DNA from: Lama glama
Taxonomy: Eukaryota
Reading direction: 5' to 3'
NCBI GenBank assembly: GCA_028534125.1
Contig: CM052817.1
Span: 13,828,001 to 13,892,000 of the forward strand
Length of the DNA stretch: 64,000 bases
Under the pieces are notes generated by a model, which searched no databases, was not told the origin of the DNA, and saw only the letters and a list, made by a program, of their open reading frames with translations. Numbering within the stretch: position 1 is the stretch's first letter; the number at the start of each line of letters is the position of its first letter. The position numbers were made by a program, and so were the translations under genes. Positions 50,050 to 63,335 of this stretch are shown piece after piece.

Positions 50050-51400
50050 CCAGTTACCCAGAAACCCAAGAATTATGTTCAGCCCCTTCCATTCTCTCAC
50101 CTGCACACCCAATTCACTGGCAAGTCCTACTGGCTTCACTTTCACAAAATACACTACCTCCATCCATCTCTCTTTGTCTTCATGACTCCCCTACCCTGGT
50201 TAATGCTATTATCCCCTCTTTTCTCAACTACAACAATAAACTACAAAACGGTAGCCCTGCTTCTGCTCTTCTTCTCCTGTTTCAATCTATATTCCATACA
50301 ATGGTCAGTGAGATTTTCCTACTATCAGAACTTCAAGGCTTGAAAACTTCACTCCAAGGCTTGAAGGCTTCAAATGGAAATCATCGCAATCAGAATAAAT
50401 CCTAACTCCTCTACATAGCCTACAAATTTCTGGACCCTGCATACGTCCTCATTCTTATCTAATAAACTTCCTCTCACTCATTGTGTTCGGGCATACAGTT
50501 CCTTTCAATTTACTAAACACACTGTGCTCCTTCCTATCTTGTCTTCCCACAAACCATTCCTCTTTTCTGGAAAATACATTTCCCTGTTCTTCACAAGGCT
50601 AGATTCTTCTTATCTTTCAGGTCTTGGTTTTAACATCATCTTACCACATGACACTCCCCCCACCACCTCCTCCCATAGCAAATGCTGTCAGTACTCTGTC
50701 CATATCACCTTGGGTCTCCCTTTTATCTTCATAAATATGAACTTCCAAGTGTGCTTCCACTCCCAACTGCTGACATCTGTGTCTCTTTGTCAGAGGATGA
50801 ATGTCAGGCTTCCCAAATGGCTTTGACTATAGTTGGAGAGCTAGAAGTGCCTATTGATTTATATTCCTCTCTACATGGGAGTTTAGCCTTAACCAATGCC
50901 TGATGGATGAGGAGTATAAATGCTCCAGCTCCCTGGATTTGTGATGGGTCCAACTCTGAAGCCGTCACTGCAATTCCCTTACAGCTCTTCTGCAGGACTG
51001 AGCCAACGTTGCCCTCTGAGAGTCTTTGCTTGATATTGCCTGCCTTCCTTTCCAGGACTTATTCCCATTTCCCAACCACATTTCCCTGGGAGCACCTCTA
51101 ATCTATCATATTGACACAAAATCTCATCTGAGGATCTGCTTTGGGGAAAGCAAGCTAAAACACTACCCTAACTTTTACTTATTTATTCTTCATCGATGCA
51201 CCGCATTCATTTTCTTTCTAGCATGTGTCAAAGCTGTTATTATAGATTGGGTTGCTTGTTCATTTATTATCTTTATCTCCCATGGACTGTGAACAAATTG
51301 AGGGCAGGGACTGTATCTTTCTCTTTCACTAGCATATCCTCAGCATCTAGCCAGTGTTTGGCCCATAGTAGTTGCATAATTAATATTTAGTTAATGAAGA
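50050..51400 (+). mobile_element. L2 LINE interrupted by an LTR16-like element
   Basis: acccagaaacccaagaatt...agaataaatcctaactcct...; resumes at tgagggcagggactgtatct...ggcccatagtagttgcataattaatattt. Confidence 0.75.
50750..51162 (+). mobile_element. ERVL LTR (LTR16-like)
   Basis: ctgctgacatctgtgtctctttg...aggagtataaatgctccagctccc...ccctgggagcac...aaatctcatctgaggatctgctttgggga...gctaaaaca. Confidence 0.75.
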
Positions 51401-51614
51401 ATAAATAACAAAACCTTTCCCAATGCTCCTCCTCATCCAGGCTGAATTACCTGTCCCTTCTCTGGTTTGCATGGCATTCATCTAGTAGCTTTGATTAGGC
51501 TCCAGGTTCTCATGGATCTGGACTTATAGTCAATTCAATACATACATCATGCTGCCATGAGTATTCTGTCCATGTGACAATCCTAGTTGTTATAACATAT
51601 CATTATCTTTTGAG

Positions 51615-51830
51615 AGTTTACTATGTGCCAGGTAGAACTAAGGTAGAGACACAATATTTTATTAAATGTTAGCAAACACCTTTGTGAGGAAGATGTATTC
51701 CCTATGTTTTTCAGAAGAGAAATCCAAAATTTCTAGAACTAAAGGATGTGCCCGAGGTCACCCATCTCATCAGTGGTGAAGGCTCTATTAGAACCCAGGA
51801 CTGACCACAAAACACATTCTCTTAACTCTA
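51615..51830 (-). mobile_element. MIR SINE
   Basis: tttactatgtgccagg...tttcagaagagaaatcc...tgcccgaggtcac...tagaacccagg. Confidence 0.75.
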
Positions 51831-52479
51831 ATCATGTTGCCTCTGTTCTGGGTGAGGCTTGCTTAGCTTCAGTCATCCTCTTTGGGGATTAATCAAGTGA
51901 GAAGAGTGAGCTTCTGGGCCTTCAAAGCAGACGGACAAGCCCTAGAATGTCATGACTTATTCAAGCAATCACTCAGCCTTCTCTGGCCTTAATGTGCCAA
52001 ATGCCGCCACCACTTTCTGCCCTCGCCAGAGCCAGTACTGCAGCACAGGCTTAACTGACCCCCAAATTATAGCCCATTGTCTGCCAAAGATAAGGGATGC
52101 TAAGGGTAAGAGAACGTGTTTGCTCTCTGTGCCCCAAGAAACATACCAAAGACTCTGAGGTTAGGGAGGAAGAGTATGGGTGGAGAGATTTTTAGAAGAG
52201 CTGTTGTGATGCCCAACCACTTCAAAAATAAATTTTGGTGTTGAGATCCAAGGAGACAATAATATGGTAGGCTTGCAAAGTCAAGGGAATGATTTAGAAA
52301 TGAGACTGAATTATTAATATATTCAACTCCTTATATGTATCCAACACGTATATACAGCAAGTGTGCACTTGATATGAGAAAGACACACCAAGGTAAGAAT
52401 CACAAAGAGCCCTTCCATCCCTAGTGTGGGAAGAAAGACGGCTAACACGGCGGTTAAGGATGCAGTGTAGATGTCAGCT

Positions 52480-52705
52480 GCTTACGCTCAGGAGGCTTAC
52501 TGCTGAATTCAAACGCTGGCTTTATGTCTTCCTTAGCTGTGCTTCTCGATCTCTCTGTGCCTGACTTTCTTTGTGTAGAAAATGAAGATAAAAATACTAC
52601 ACCCATCTCAGAGTTGTCCTGGAAATTAAATGAGTTAGTATTTATATATTTCTTTGAACAATGCCTGACACATAATGAGCACCATAGAAGTTTGTTCAAT
52701 AAATA
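52480..52705 (+). mobile_element. MIR SINE inserted in L2
   Basis: ctctctgtgcctgactttctttgtgtagaaaatgaagataa...attaaatgagttag...acaatgcctgacacataatgagcac. Confidence 0.8.
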
Positions 52706-52729
52706 AAGCAAAGAGATTAGAGCTAGAAT

Positions 52730-53230
52730 AAAATAGACACAAGATATTACAGGCACACAGAAGGGAAGACTTAAGTTAGCCTGGAGTGACACTACAAGGA
52801 CCGGAAAAGGATCACAGAGATGGAAGATTTGAGATGAGTCTTATGAGATGATCTGGAATTCACCAGTGAAGGCAGTAAAGGAAAGCAAAGCAGAGTGGGG
52901 GCAGGCAGAAGGAAGGGTGGAGGCAAAGACTGGGAGACAAGAGGCTGCTTGTTATATGCCGAGTGTGCAGGAAGAAGAGAGGAGTGCTGAGATGTAAGGG
53001 TGTGGGTTCGAAGAAGTCAGGCCATCAAGGGCCTCGTAGGGTAAAAAGTGAATTTTGACTTTACGTCATCAATGAAGTACCTTTAGAGAATGTTAAGCAA
53101 GAATTTCATGATCAGATTTGCAATCTGCAAAGATCACTCTGACCACAATGTGGAGAATGGATTTTGTTGAGTGGAGCTGGAAATATGGAAACCACTTAAT
53201 GGGCTACAGGGGTGAGACAAGCAAGAGCCA
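52730..53230 (-). mobile_element. L2 LINE fragment
   Basis: tttgagatgagtctt...ggcaaagactgggag...atgatcagatttgc...aaagatcactctgaccacaatgtggagaatggatt. Confidence 0.75.
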
Positions 53231-53639
53231 AAAATAATAAATTATATAGGGAAGGAGATTTCTGGGAAGTAACAACAAAAGATAAATCGATTTTGCTTGC
53301 AAAGGTCAAGTCTGTAGTAGCTTATTTTGAGTGTAGATACTGACCTCGATGAGGCAAAGAGATAGAAGCACAAGCAAAAATAACCTTCACAATCAGAAAT
53401 GGATGCTGCAAATTAAAAGTCAACGGTCTTCACCCATTTGATAAGTGGAAGGGCAGATAAATACAAGCCATTTGTTTCTGACTTTTGAATACATGGAATA
53501 AGCCATTAATTTTTATGTTGCCTGGAACACAGAACAAATAATTTTATATTTCAAAGGGCTAAAGAACTGTGTAAAGTGTCATAAATAAGATAATTATTGG
53601 TGAATTAATTCAGTAAGACTGTAATAATTGTTAGAATTT

Positions 53640-53825
53640 CTTGAGCACTTGCTCATTTCCACTATGCTAGCAAATAACACATATTATCTCAGTTAGTCCT
53701 CTCAATAATCCAGAGAGGAAAGTATTATCAATACCATTTCACAGATGAGAAACAGAAGTTTAAAGAGACTTAAATATTTGTTTAGAGTCACAGGGACATC
53801 AAACGGCAGAGCAGAGAACTCAAGT
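53640..53825 (-). mobile_element. MIR SINE
   Basis: ttgagcacttgct...attatctcagttagtcctctcaataatcc...ccatttcacagatgagaaacagaag. Confidence 0.8.
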
Positions 53826-54194
53826 CTTTTCAAACGTTAGGGAGTTCCAACTGATTACATCTTTGGAGTCAACTCCTGTCATATGTGTATCTGAATTCAG
53901 GCATCTTTTTTGGGAAATAAACATACAGCTTCACAACACTTGCTGTGGACAGGAAAGATACTGTTTTTCCTATTTCAGTCTGTTTTTGTGCACATTATTC
54001 CTCGGCTTTCATAATAATGATTTTTTTTCATTAAGGCTCAGCATCTCATTTACACTAGCAATTTAATGCTTAAAAACAAGATGTCAACCAAAAGAAAAAG
54101 AAAAAAAGAAAAGAAAAGAAAGACAACATTGAGAAAACATTGAGGGCAACCCAGCCGGACCATTTGATAACAGTTCCTTGTCAATAGAAAGAGA

Positions 54195-54400
54195 TATAAT
54201 GCAGTGATGACAACTTGGATGATGTGGGATCAGCCAGGATGGAATTCAAATCCTACCTCCACCATTTACTACTGGTGAGATACTGAGCAAGTCACATACT
54301 GTCTCTAAGCCTCAGTTTCCTTATCTGTAAAATGCAGATGATAGCTACTATAATGTAGGCTATGAAATGACAGAGGAAAAGTGCCTAGTTCAGCTAAATA
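54195..54400 (+). mobile_element. MIR SINE
   Basis: ttcaaatcctacctccaccatttact...gagcaagtcac...ctctaagcctcagtttccttatctgtaaaatg. Confidence 0.85.
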
Positions 54401-56002
54401 CTATAGAAAGGATAACATGGTGATGATGACAATGATGGATATTGGCTCAAGTTTGGCTGTTTTTTTTCCCAAATACAATAAACTTAAAATTTTTGTATTA
54501 TGGGTAGAATAATAGTCAGGGTGGCAGTTTCCCACTGTTTTTGTGTACCTTTAATTGAATTTGTTTTTCACTGAAGAATGCATTAAGCTGCCTTTTAATT
54601 CTCTCATAAGGATAATGTCATATCCCATCTTTGACTAATCTCAGACCCTGAACGGGAAAGGTGAATTTTTAAAATCTCTTCTAGAGCTATTTTTATACCA
54701 TCTATCCCATGTACAACATAACAATCCTTCAGCTAAATTTTACAGCACATTTTAAAAGGTCACTTTTAATGAATTGGATTTTTCATGTATCAATCTTTCT
54801 ACATTTACATTTTCTGGAACTTCAACAGCAGAGTTTTCTTAAGCTAACTGAATAAATATTCAAGTCTCTGTGTGTATTTTGAAATGACTATTTGCATAAT
54901 AATGTTTTCAGAGGAAAACAGAGTCTCTGGCTGCATATAAACAGGTTCTACTGATCTTTTAATGGGACCAACTGAAACACAGAGGCCTTTAACATCAAAC
55001 AGCATTCTCCTTTTTTATGAATGTCTGTGTAGGGATGTCATTTCCCATTCTAATCTTTTCTTACTTTAATACAAATACTACTATGTTTTCTTTCACTAAT
55101 TAGCCATTAATGTTCCACAAAATTAATTTGGAAGACATAGATCACTGACAGAGTTCTAAATTAATGAGCTTGACTTGGTCTTGAGGGAGGTAGGGGAGAA
55201 CAGGAAGTTATAGACATGTGTTGGCCTCTGCTTCAATTAAGGAGAAGAGCATTTCTTTCATACATCGCCTTTGAGCCTGTGGGATCTTTGAACCAAGGAC
55301 TGACTGACTCATCGATACTTTCTGAACAACAATTTTATATCAAGCAATGTTTTAGGCATGGGGTGGGGATGGGAAGGCAGGAAATAAGAGAATGCACAAG
55401 TTACAGCAGTCCTTGTCCTGAAGGGGTTTACAGTCTGGTTGGGCAGTCTGAACAGAAAGCAAGTGATTAAAGTCCAGTGTGCTAAGGGTTATGTCAGAGA
55501 CAAGTTTGGGAGCCATGGGATGACAACCAAGAATCACCTAGTCCAGGCTTGGGATTTGTAGTCAAGGAGAGCCTCCTGGGCAAAAGTCATGGGTAGTGTT
55601 AAGATGGGAAAAATGAGGAGGGTAGACCTAGGGGATGGGGGGAGGGGGATATGACAAATATCTACCAGGTAGGAGAAACAGTGTATGCAAACATCCTCAT
55701 ACCAGCAGGATTTGTCTTGGTTAGGCACCTGTAGGCAGTTCCAGTTAGTATAGCTGGAACGTAGAGTTTATGAGATGGGGTGTCAGAACAAGGAGCAGGA
55801 GCCTTGTACCCCTTGTTAAAGAGCCTGGGGGTGGTATAATCATAACTTGGCTATGGTGAGGAAGGAAGACTAGAAAGCTGCTAAAAAGATGGGGAAATAT
55901 CTTAGAAGGTTGCTTGAATGATCTAAGTGAAACATGGTTTTCTAGTAATAGAAGACACAGAAGATGTATTGGGTCAAAAGATAATTGGGACATCTATGGA
56001 AT

Positions 56003-56140
56003 GGGGAGGGTAGATAGCTCAGTGGTAGAATGCATGCCTAGCATGCATTAGGTCCTGGGTTCAATCCCCAGTACCTCCATTAAGAAAAATGAACCAGTAA
56101 ACCTAATTACCTTCCCCCTCAAAATAAAAGATTTTTTAAA
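56003..56140 (+). mobile_element. tRNA-derived SINE of camelid type (Vic-1-like)
   Basis: ggggagggt..atagctcagtggtag (A box), gggttcaatcccc (B box), taaacctaattacc and an A-rich tail; degenerate TSD aaaagatMaYtggga at 55976-55990 and 56141-56155. Confidence 0.9.
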
Positions 56141-56763
56141 AAAAGATCACTGGGATAACTAACAGAGTTTGATGACTGACTAGGTATCATAGCTAGCACA
56201 AGTAGGAAGACTGCCTCAGCCTGAACAAATTTAGTGAATTCATCTTTAAGTGTTTCACTGACTCCTTCATTCCCATTTTTTAAGACTGGCCTGGGTGAAA
56301 ACTGCCATGGCTCATATAAACCAAATTAGAAATTTTCAAGAAGGAAAGAGAAAACAGATGGTTCAAAAGATAGAGGAAGAAAGAAAAGGAGGCTGCATGG
56401 AAAGAATTGGGACTCTGGGGGGGGGGCGGTCAAAAGCTCAAATTAGGCACTGCCCGTAGCAGCCATATTGTCCTTGATTTGGCATGGGACCTAAGAAGAA
56501 ACAGTTTGGCAAGAGATCCTAAATTGAATGCACCTTAGTTGTGCCCTGTTACTCTTTATCAGTTCTGAGCAGAGCATGTTTGAGACTATCATGTTGGGTG
56601 CCTCACTCAGTATCATTCAATAACTAAATCAGGTGGCTTAGCGTGAAATACTGGTAGTTTCCAGTAATATGGTTTGGACACCAATTTTTTAATCTGGTCA
56701 TCTTATTTTAATATATGAAAGTTGAGACATATAGAAGGTCCTTCTATGAGGTCATTAACCACC

Positions 56764-56808
56764 TATTTATTTATTTATTTATGCATGCATGCATGCATGC
56801 ATGCGTGC
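56764..56808. repeat. (TATT)n-(ATGC)6 compound microsatellite
   Basis: tatttatttatttattt atgcatgcatgcatgcatgcatgc. Confidence 0.95.
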
Positions 56809-57724
56809 AACAGTATATGCAGGTTATGGTCAGGTTATGATTCAGAGTCTTCAGTCTGGAAGATCCGTGACATAGCATTTCATTCTTGCTTTGAGGGATC
56901 AGATGAATCTGAGACATTTGGTGTGCTCCTACTCTGCTCTTATTTTTCCAGGCTAGAAAGGAGACAATCAGATAAAAAAGAATTGCTTTTTCTTTTAAAA
57001 TATCGAGCTTGTGGTCTAGGCAAAGCAAAAGCTGTTGGTAGTCGGTCAAAAACACTGATTCATGCTTTGAGGCACAGAATCTGAGGGGGATGTGGCATTA
57101 CTCATGCAACTTGTGTTCATCTGCTTTCTTAACATGCGTTATTTACGATTTTCAGGGTGCCCGTGCTTATAAATAGTTCTTGGAAGCAGCTACACTAACA
57201 CTGTCTGAAGGACTGATGGAGTCAGAAGGAGGGGCCTGGACCAGGACTTTTTGGCTTTGATCACAGAGGTGGGGGGAGAGGAGGTATAAACATGAAAGTG
57301 GTCTTGGCCTCATAATCATTGTGTGGTGCTTTTAAACAGTGTCTCTAGAAGCCTAGGATCAATGGGAGAAATAAAATCTTTCTGTAAATAAAGCAGCAGG
57401 TTGCTAAAAGGCCCACAGTGAAAGAAAATAGGACAGAAACTATTGGTGAAAAGAGGAAAGGAAAAAAATTATCAAGTAGTCTGCCAGCAATTTATTGCGA
57501 ATGGGAAAGTAAATCATTTAGCAACCAACAAAAGCTCCTAGGATACAGCAAGGTAGAGAGGTAAAACCATCAGAAGCAAACAAAGAGTGTTTATGCTCTT
57601 TCTCCATCAGCATCCCAAACATTCCCCTTATTTTACTGTTGTTTAAAGAACCAGCATTACCCAGAAACTGTAAAATAAGAAGAACGCCTCTTCTCTGTCA
57701 AGCGGCATTATTAAATCACTAGCT

Positions 57725-57975
57725 GTTTATCTTGAGGCAGTTCTACAGTGGTCAGGCACACAGTCTCAGAGGCGGACTGCTAGGTTCCATTCCCAACTAG
57801 ATACTTTTTGACATTTTTCTTAACGTCTCTGTGCCTTTGTTTCATCATCCATAATTCAGGATAATAGTAATACTCGTTGCACAGGCTGTTGGAAGAGAAA
57901 ATGAGTTATTACACGAAAAGCACAGAGAATAGAATCTGGCATATTATAAATGCTGTATTGGAGTTGGCTATTATC
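57725..57975 (+). mobile_element. MIR SINE
   Basis: cagtggtcaggcacac...actgctaggttcc...ttaacgtctctgtgcctttgtttcatcatcc...aaatgagtta...aaagcacagagaatag. Confidence 0.8.
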
Positions 57976-58019
57976 ACTTGTTCATATGTAAAAGCAACAC
58001 TAAATTATGATAATAACTA

Positions 58020-58145
58020 ATATTTTTGAGTGCTCTCTGTGAGCTAGGTATCTTGCTGAGCATTCTGTATGCAAGTATATCGTCAGATTGTCACGGCAAC
58101 CTATTAGATAGAATTATTATCATCCCCATTTTCCAGATTAAGAAA
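58020..58145 (-). mobile_element. MIR SINE
   Basis: ttgagtgctctctgtgagctagg...attattatcatccccattttccagat. Confidence 0.75.
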
Positions 58146-61100
58146 TTCAGCAACAAAACCCAAGCTGGAAGCTCTTTATCACTTCTTCAATATGAATTTT
58201 TATATTCCTTTTCCTAATAATTCACAATATTCCCTTCATCCTATAGAACGATTAAAGAAATGAATGTACTTTATGCATGTAAAAAAAGGGCTAAACCAAG
58301 GAAAGAAGAATTAAGGCAGGCTATTCTTATTTAATTTGGCTCAACAATTCGTACCTCCATAAGCCCTGACACTGCTCTCATTGTATTTCACTTTAATGTC
58401 ATTATTCTACCAGGTGACTTGTGAATATAAATATTTTATATAGATTCTTCTTTTGTGCCATTAGAATGATGGAGCATATAAATGCTAATGGAATTCTGAG
58501 GTCCTCTGATTTTTCCTTTAGGGCCAATTATCAATTATCTACAGCACAGTTATTGCAAGACTAAGCAAATCTCACTTGCGTATTTTCCTAACAGTATCAC
58601 CTTTGTTTAGAAGAAGCATTTTAGTGGCAACAGCATTATGAATAACATGCCTAGATAACAGTGTCTCATTTCACTGTGTCATTGCCAAGGACAATACAGG
58701 AAGATTCTTAAGATGCTGCTTTGTTGACAATACAGTTGCCACTATTTATTTTTACTCTTAATTATTACTGATAGTACATCAAAAGTTGAAAAGGATAATT
58801 GAATAAATATTTCCCTCTTGATTTGACCTCCCCTAAGAAGCACATGATCCCTTTAACTTCACCCATATAATGTAAGTATCTCCCCCAACTACACCCCAAG
58901 GGCCCGAATAATCAGTCCATTTATAGACCTAATTTTAGAGAAGTTCCTTTCTACTGTGGATTGTTACTAATGAAAAGCATGTTGGGTGGAAGCAACATGA
59001 TGCAATGGAGAGATTCCTGCTGAATTACCTCCCAAAGAAAGCCTGACTTCCTTCCTGTATTACCCCATCTCGGTGAAAGTCATTTCCATCCAACCAGTCA
59101 CTCAAGCCAAGAATCTGAGAGAAATCTTTCGATAGTGACAGTGAGAAAGGATGCCTCATGGCATCTGCATACTTTCTGTATTCTGTGATTTGGACAACTG
59201 ACATTTCTTCAATCTTAGAATTCTACTCTAACAGATTTAAGACAAACCACGTAACATCCATTTCTACCCAAATTGTAGAGCAACTAAGCTCCACCTTTAC
59301 TGAAAAGCTAAGGCTGCTACAGTTCCTCCAGCATTTTCTCTCACTACACCAAACCCCCCGGGAGAGATGATTACTGTTTCGGTATTTTACAGCTGCACCA
59401 CGGAAGTACTTCTGTTGCACTTCTCACACTGTATGTACGTATGCACGTCTGTCTGTCCATGTGCACGTGTGTGTATGTGTTTCTGTTAGACTGGAGCTCT
59501 CCACAGGCAAAATCTTATTTATATCTGAATTGCAAGTGTATAGCACAGTTCCTAGCACATGGTAGGACAGCGAGTGATCAATAAATTTTTGCAGAGTAAA
59601 TAGATGATGGGTAAATTTGGAGATATCATTTAACTTCTTCTTTCTGCTTAAATGTACTCTTTCATTTAACAAAAACTTATGATAATGCATGCTCTAAAAA
59701 ACAGATATTTTTGTAAAAATCAAACCAGAGAATATGTGTAAAAACCTTCTAAATGCCGTGAAGCACCATGCCAGTGGATGAAAGGTTAAATATTGTAGAT
59801 ATAATTAAGGAGGAATAAGGAAGGAAAAACTACCCTTGAAAACTTTCCAAGATGTGTACTTCTGGGAAAGCATGTGTCAGGTAACAATCAACATTTGAGG
59901 AAAAGTTTAGGAGTCTCATCACAGAGGGAAGAATCTTTATTTCTCCCTTTGGGATATGACATTTAACAAATTAATTTCGAATACTTTAAAACCAACAGAG
60001 CTAAGATGAAATTGAGAACACTTGTACTGATCACTTCCAACTTCAGTGCAGAAGGTTATGTATCTAAAAGGTCACTACAATGGAAAAAATCAGTTACTAA
60101 GGACTCCTCATGGGCTTTACTTAAAATAGCACAGGACTATGATGTCTTCAGTTCTAACGAAAATCACTGTATCTCTTCAAGTGCTGTGAACGACTTGGTA
60201 AATATATGGAGTCTCTCTAAGCACAGTATCTCAACATCTGCAGAACTCAGGAGCCCAAAGTCCAAATACTCCACGTCACAGCCTCAGTTTTAAATTTGTT
60301 GACCCCAGCAAGCTCCCTCAGCTGAAGTTTCTGCTCTTGGATGTCCCATTTCTGTTTGATTTCTAGAAAAGGGGGAGAGGATTTTGCTTCAAAATCACCA
60401 TGAAGATCGCTAATCTCATTTTTTGCCTTCTTTTAACAAGAGATTTCAAAATAAACTTTGGAAAAATTAAATATGAGAATCTAGATCCACAGGATGCCCA
60501 AATTTAAAAGAAACTGATCATCAAATCTCATTGTACTCAACCCTGGGGCAGTTCCTAATAGAAAACTGCCCTGCGATTAATACTCAGAGCCTGCTGTCTA
60601 GGATGAAGCCCAGGATTCTGTATGCTGAGCTGGCACAGATTGATTCTGATATGCAGACTCCTGGGTCAGCATTTGTGTTTATGGATTTCTAGTTCAGCAT
60701 TTTAATTTTATATAGGAGAACAATTGTGATCCTAGGAGGACAAATGCTTTCCCTGGGCTCCCCAGAGTCTCACAGCTGTCTTATGACAAAGCCATGATCA
60801 TAGTCCAAGTCTTCCAACTTCCAGTTTAGTGCTCCTTACACTATGAGATGCTGCGTTCTAGATGGTCACACTCCTGGGCATCCATACTCAACATACACGT
60901 TTTTGAGCACTTATTAACCCCACTGGCCATCTTAGATCACAATGATAAACAAATGTACAAAGCAGGAAATCTGAACTCACAGATGCAGCTTAGTGGAATA
61001 GAGTGAACAAATGGGCACTCAAATGTTACAAGCATTCATACTTAGAGCTATGAAAGTTGTTAAAATAACTCCCAGTTATTAGTAACCCTAGTATAGGCCA

Positions 61101-62539
61101 AGTCCAAGTGAAACACAGGAGAGGTCATGCAATCCTCTCACTAACCTTGTGGGAGGTCACAAGTTGTTATTCTCTTTAAAGCTAAGAGGCGCTAAGAGAA
61201 GGTAACTCTAGTACAACTTGACAAGTAATGCATGGCTGGGACAAGATTAAGACTCCAGCCTCTCTGATGTTTCCACCATCCAACTTGTCTCCTTCTCCGT
61301 CCTGTTGTGAGGAAAGATAATTCAGGGGTGTGCATTTTTCATAAACTTTGTAGAATGCTAAGTGCCTTAATCTCCGCTTGACGCACAAGGGAGCAGAATG
61401 ACTTTATGGCTGTTGACCCTCTCCCCACATCATTTGTGAACAGTGCCACTACACACAACCCAAATGGGGCAGCCCACTACCCCAGGAAAGTAGTAATCAC
61501 CATGAACAGCACACAGCCACCCTCCGCCAAGATCCTCAGGAAGCTGGAGAGGTTGGTACAACTGCCTCCCATCTGTCCCTTAGCTCCTCTGGAGACCAGC
61601 AGTGAAGGAAGGGTGAGGAGTACACAAGGCTGTGATAGCTATGGTGCCAGGGAAGAACTCTCTCCAAACTGGGATTATAAAACAGAATGAGCGCGTCACT
61701 TACAAGTGAACATACACAGGTCTTCATCCTAAGCCAACAATCCTGGGAGTGAAAAATAATTTTTCCTTTCCAGGGAAAGTCCAAGATGTTTATGCTTCTT
61801 TTCCAAATGTTATTTCATGTAAGAATAAACAGATCTGAAAGGGGCCCTGGAAGAAGTACAGAACAGAGGCTGGGAGCTGAGCTTGCCCTGGGTAATGATG
61901 AGACCTTGAGTTTAATGGCCTTGGGGAAGGCTCTGAGGGGAAGCTTCTCCCATTCCTCTGCTCCCCCTTCCACATCTGCTCTGGGAGGCTTCATGGTCTG
62001 GAGCCACATGGGCATGGATCTCAGTTCTTAACAGCCTTCGGCACTTCCCTAGAATCTGTACCATAGGGTTGTTGTAAGGATTAAATAAAATGTTAAGAGC
62101 TTGGTATGTATTTACTTCCTGAAAGTCATTAGTATTCCTTTCATTATCAAGTTACAATTATTACGTATCTGAAGTCAACAATCAGTTAATTATAGTCTAT
62201 GAAAATACTTCTTTTACATTAATATATGAATTAAGATTTCAGATATAAAATGTGCCAGTGGTTTTATTTTTTGAAAAAAGATTTCAACAGTCTTTTATAA
62301 GCAAATGTGAAGTTTATTGCATAAACCCACAGTATCTTGGATCAGGAAAGAAAGCCCACAAGGACACAATAGCCTGAGATCCACAGAGCCAGGAGAGCAG
62401 AAGTCACGAGGAGCCCACAGGCATTATTCTGAGGCCTAGGGTTTACCAACCCCATCCATTTCTCAAAGGCCACAGAGGTCCCAGTGACACTTGGGTTGCA
62501 TGTTAAAACGTTAGCTATGGCCTCATCTGAGTCATGCTG

Positions 62540-62972
62540 GTTATGAGTTGAATTGCCTCCCGGCCACCAATATGTTGAAGTCCTAACCCCCAGTACTTGT
62601 GAATGTGATCTATTTGGAAATAGAGTCTGCTGATGATCAAGTTAAGATGAAGTCATTAGGGTGGACCCTAATCCAACAAAACTGTCCTTCTATGGAGAAG
62701 ACATTTGGGCACAGAGATAGACACATGTGGAGGGAACATGATGTGAAGACACGTGGAGAACATCAACTACAAGCCAAGGAAGGCCTGAAGCTGCCAGAAG
62801 CTAGGAAAGAGGCAAGAAACAGATTCTGCCTCATAGGCCGCAGAAGCAAATCAACTCTTTAGCACTGCAATTTCAGACGGCTAGCCTCCAGAACTGTGAG
62901 ACAATAAATTCCTGCTGTTTGAGTCACCCAGTTTGTGGTACTTGGTTATGCAGATCTAGAAAACTAATACAA
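62540..62972 (+). mobile_element. MaLR LTR (MLT1B-like)
   Basis: gttatgagttgaattg...tatgttgaagtcctaacccccagtac...agcctccagaactgtgagacaataaattcctgctgtttgagtcacccagtttgtggtac...aaactaataca. Confidence 0.92.
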
Positions 62973-63129
62973 TGCCTGAGGGAAGATAGTCACTGGGAAT
63001 CTTAATTATAGCTAATCAATCACTTGAATTATCCCTTTTTGAGCACAGTTGCTAAATTTCTTATTGAGTAATCTCATTGCAATATTCATGTATCCATACC
63101 TTTTTAAAAAGCTAATTTTTATCACATAC

Positions 63130-63335
63130 TTACTGATCAAAGATCTTCATGTATATGGGCCATTTACTCCTCCATTCAATTGTTATGAGTCAGGAATTAT
63201 TATTATCCCCACTTTACAGATGAGAAAACTGAGAGGTAAGAACATTAAGCAATTTGCCTAAGGACGCAGGCTAGAAAGTGGCATAACTGCAGTTGTACCT
63301 GGGCAGACTGATGCCAGAGTGTGCATACTCACACA
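63130..63335 (-). mobile_element. MIR SINE
   Basis: attattattatccccactttacagatgagaaaactgag...ttaagcaatttgcctaagg. Confidence 0.85.

Noticed and set aside
55625..55650. G-quadruplex candidate
   Set aside because: Short G-rich patch inside L2-like sequence with no functional context
56003..56080. tRNA gene
   Set aside because: A and B boxes are present, but it continues into a SINE body, A-rich tail and TSD, so it is a SINE
60006..60293. 95-aa ORF or possible plus-strand exon ending TTG|gtaaat
   Set aside because: Weak splice signals, no recognisable protein and no partner exons
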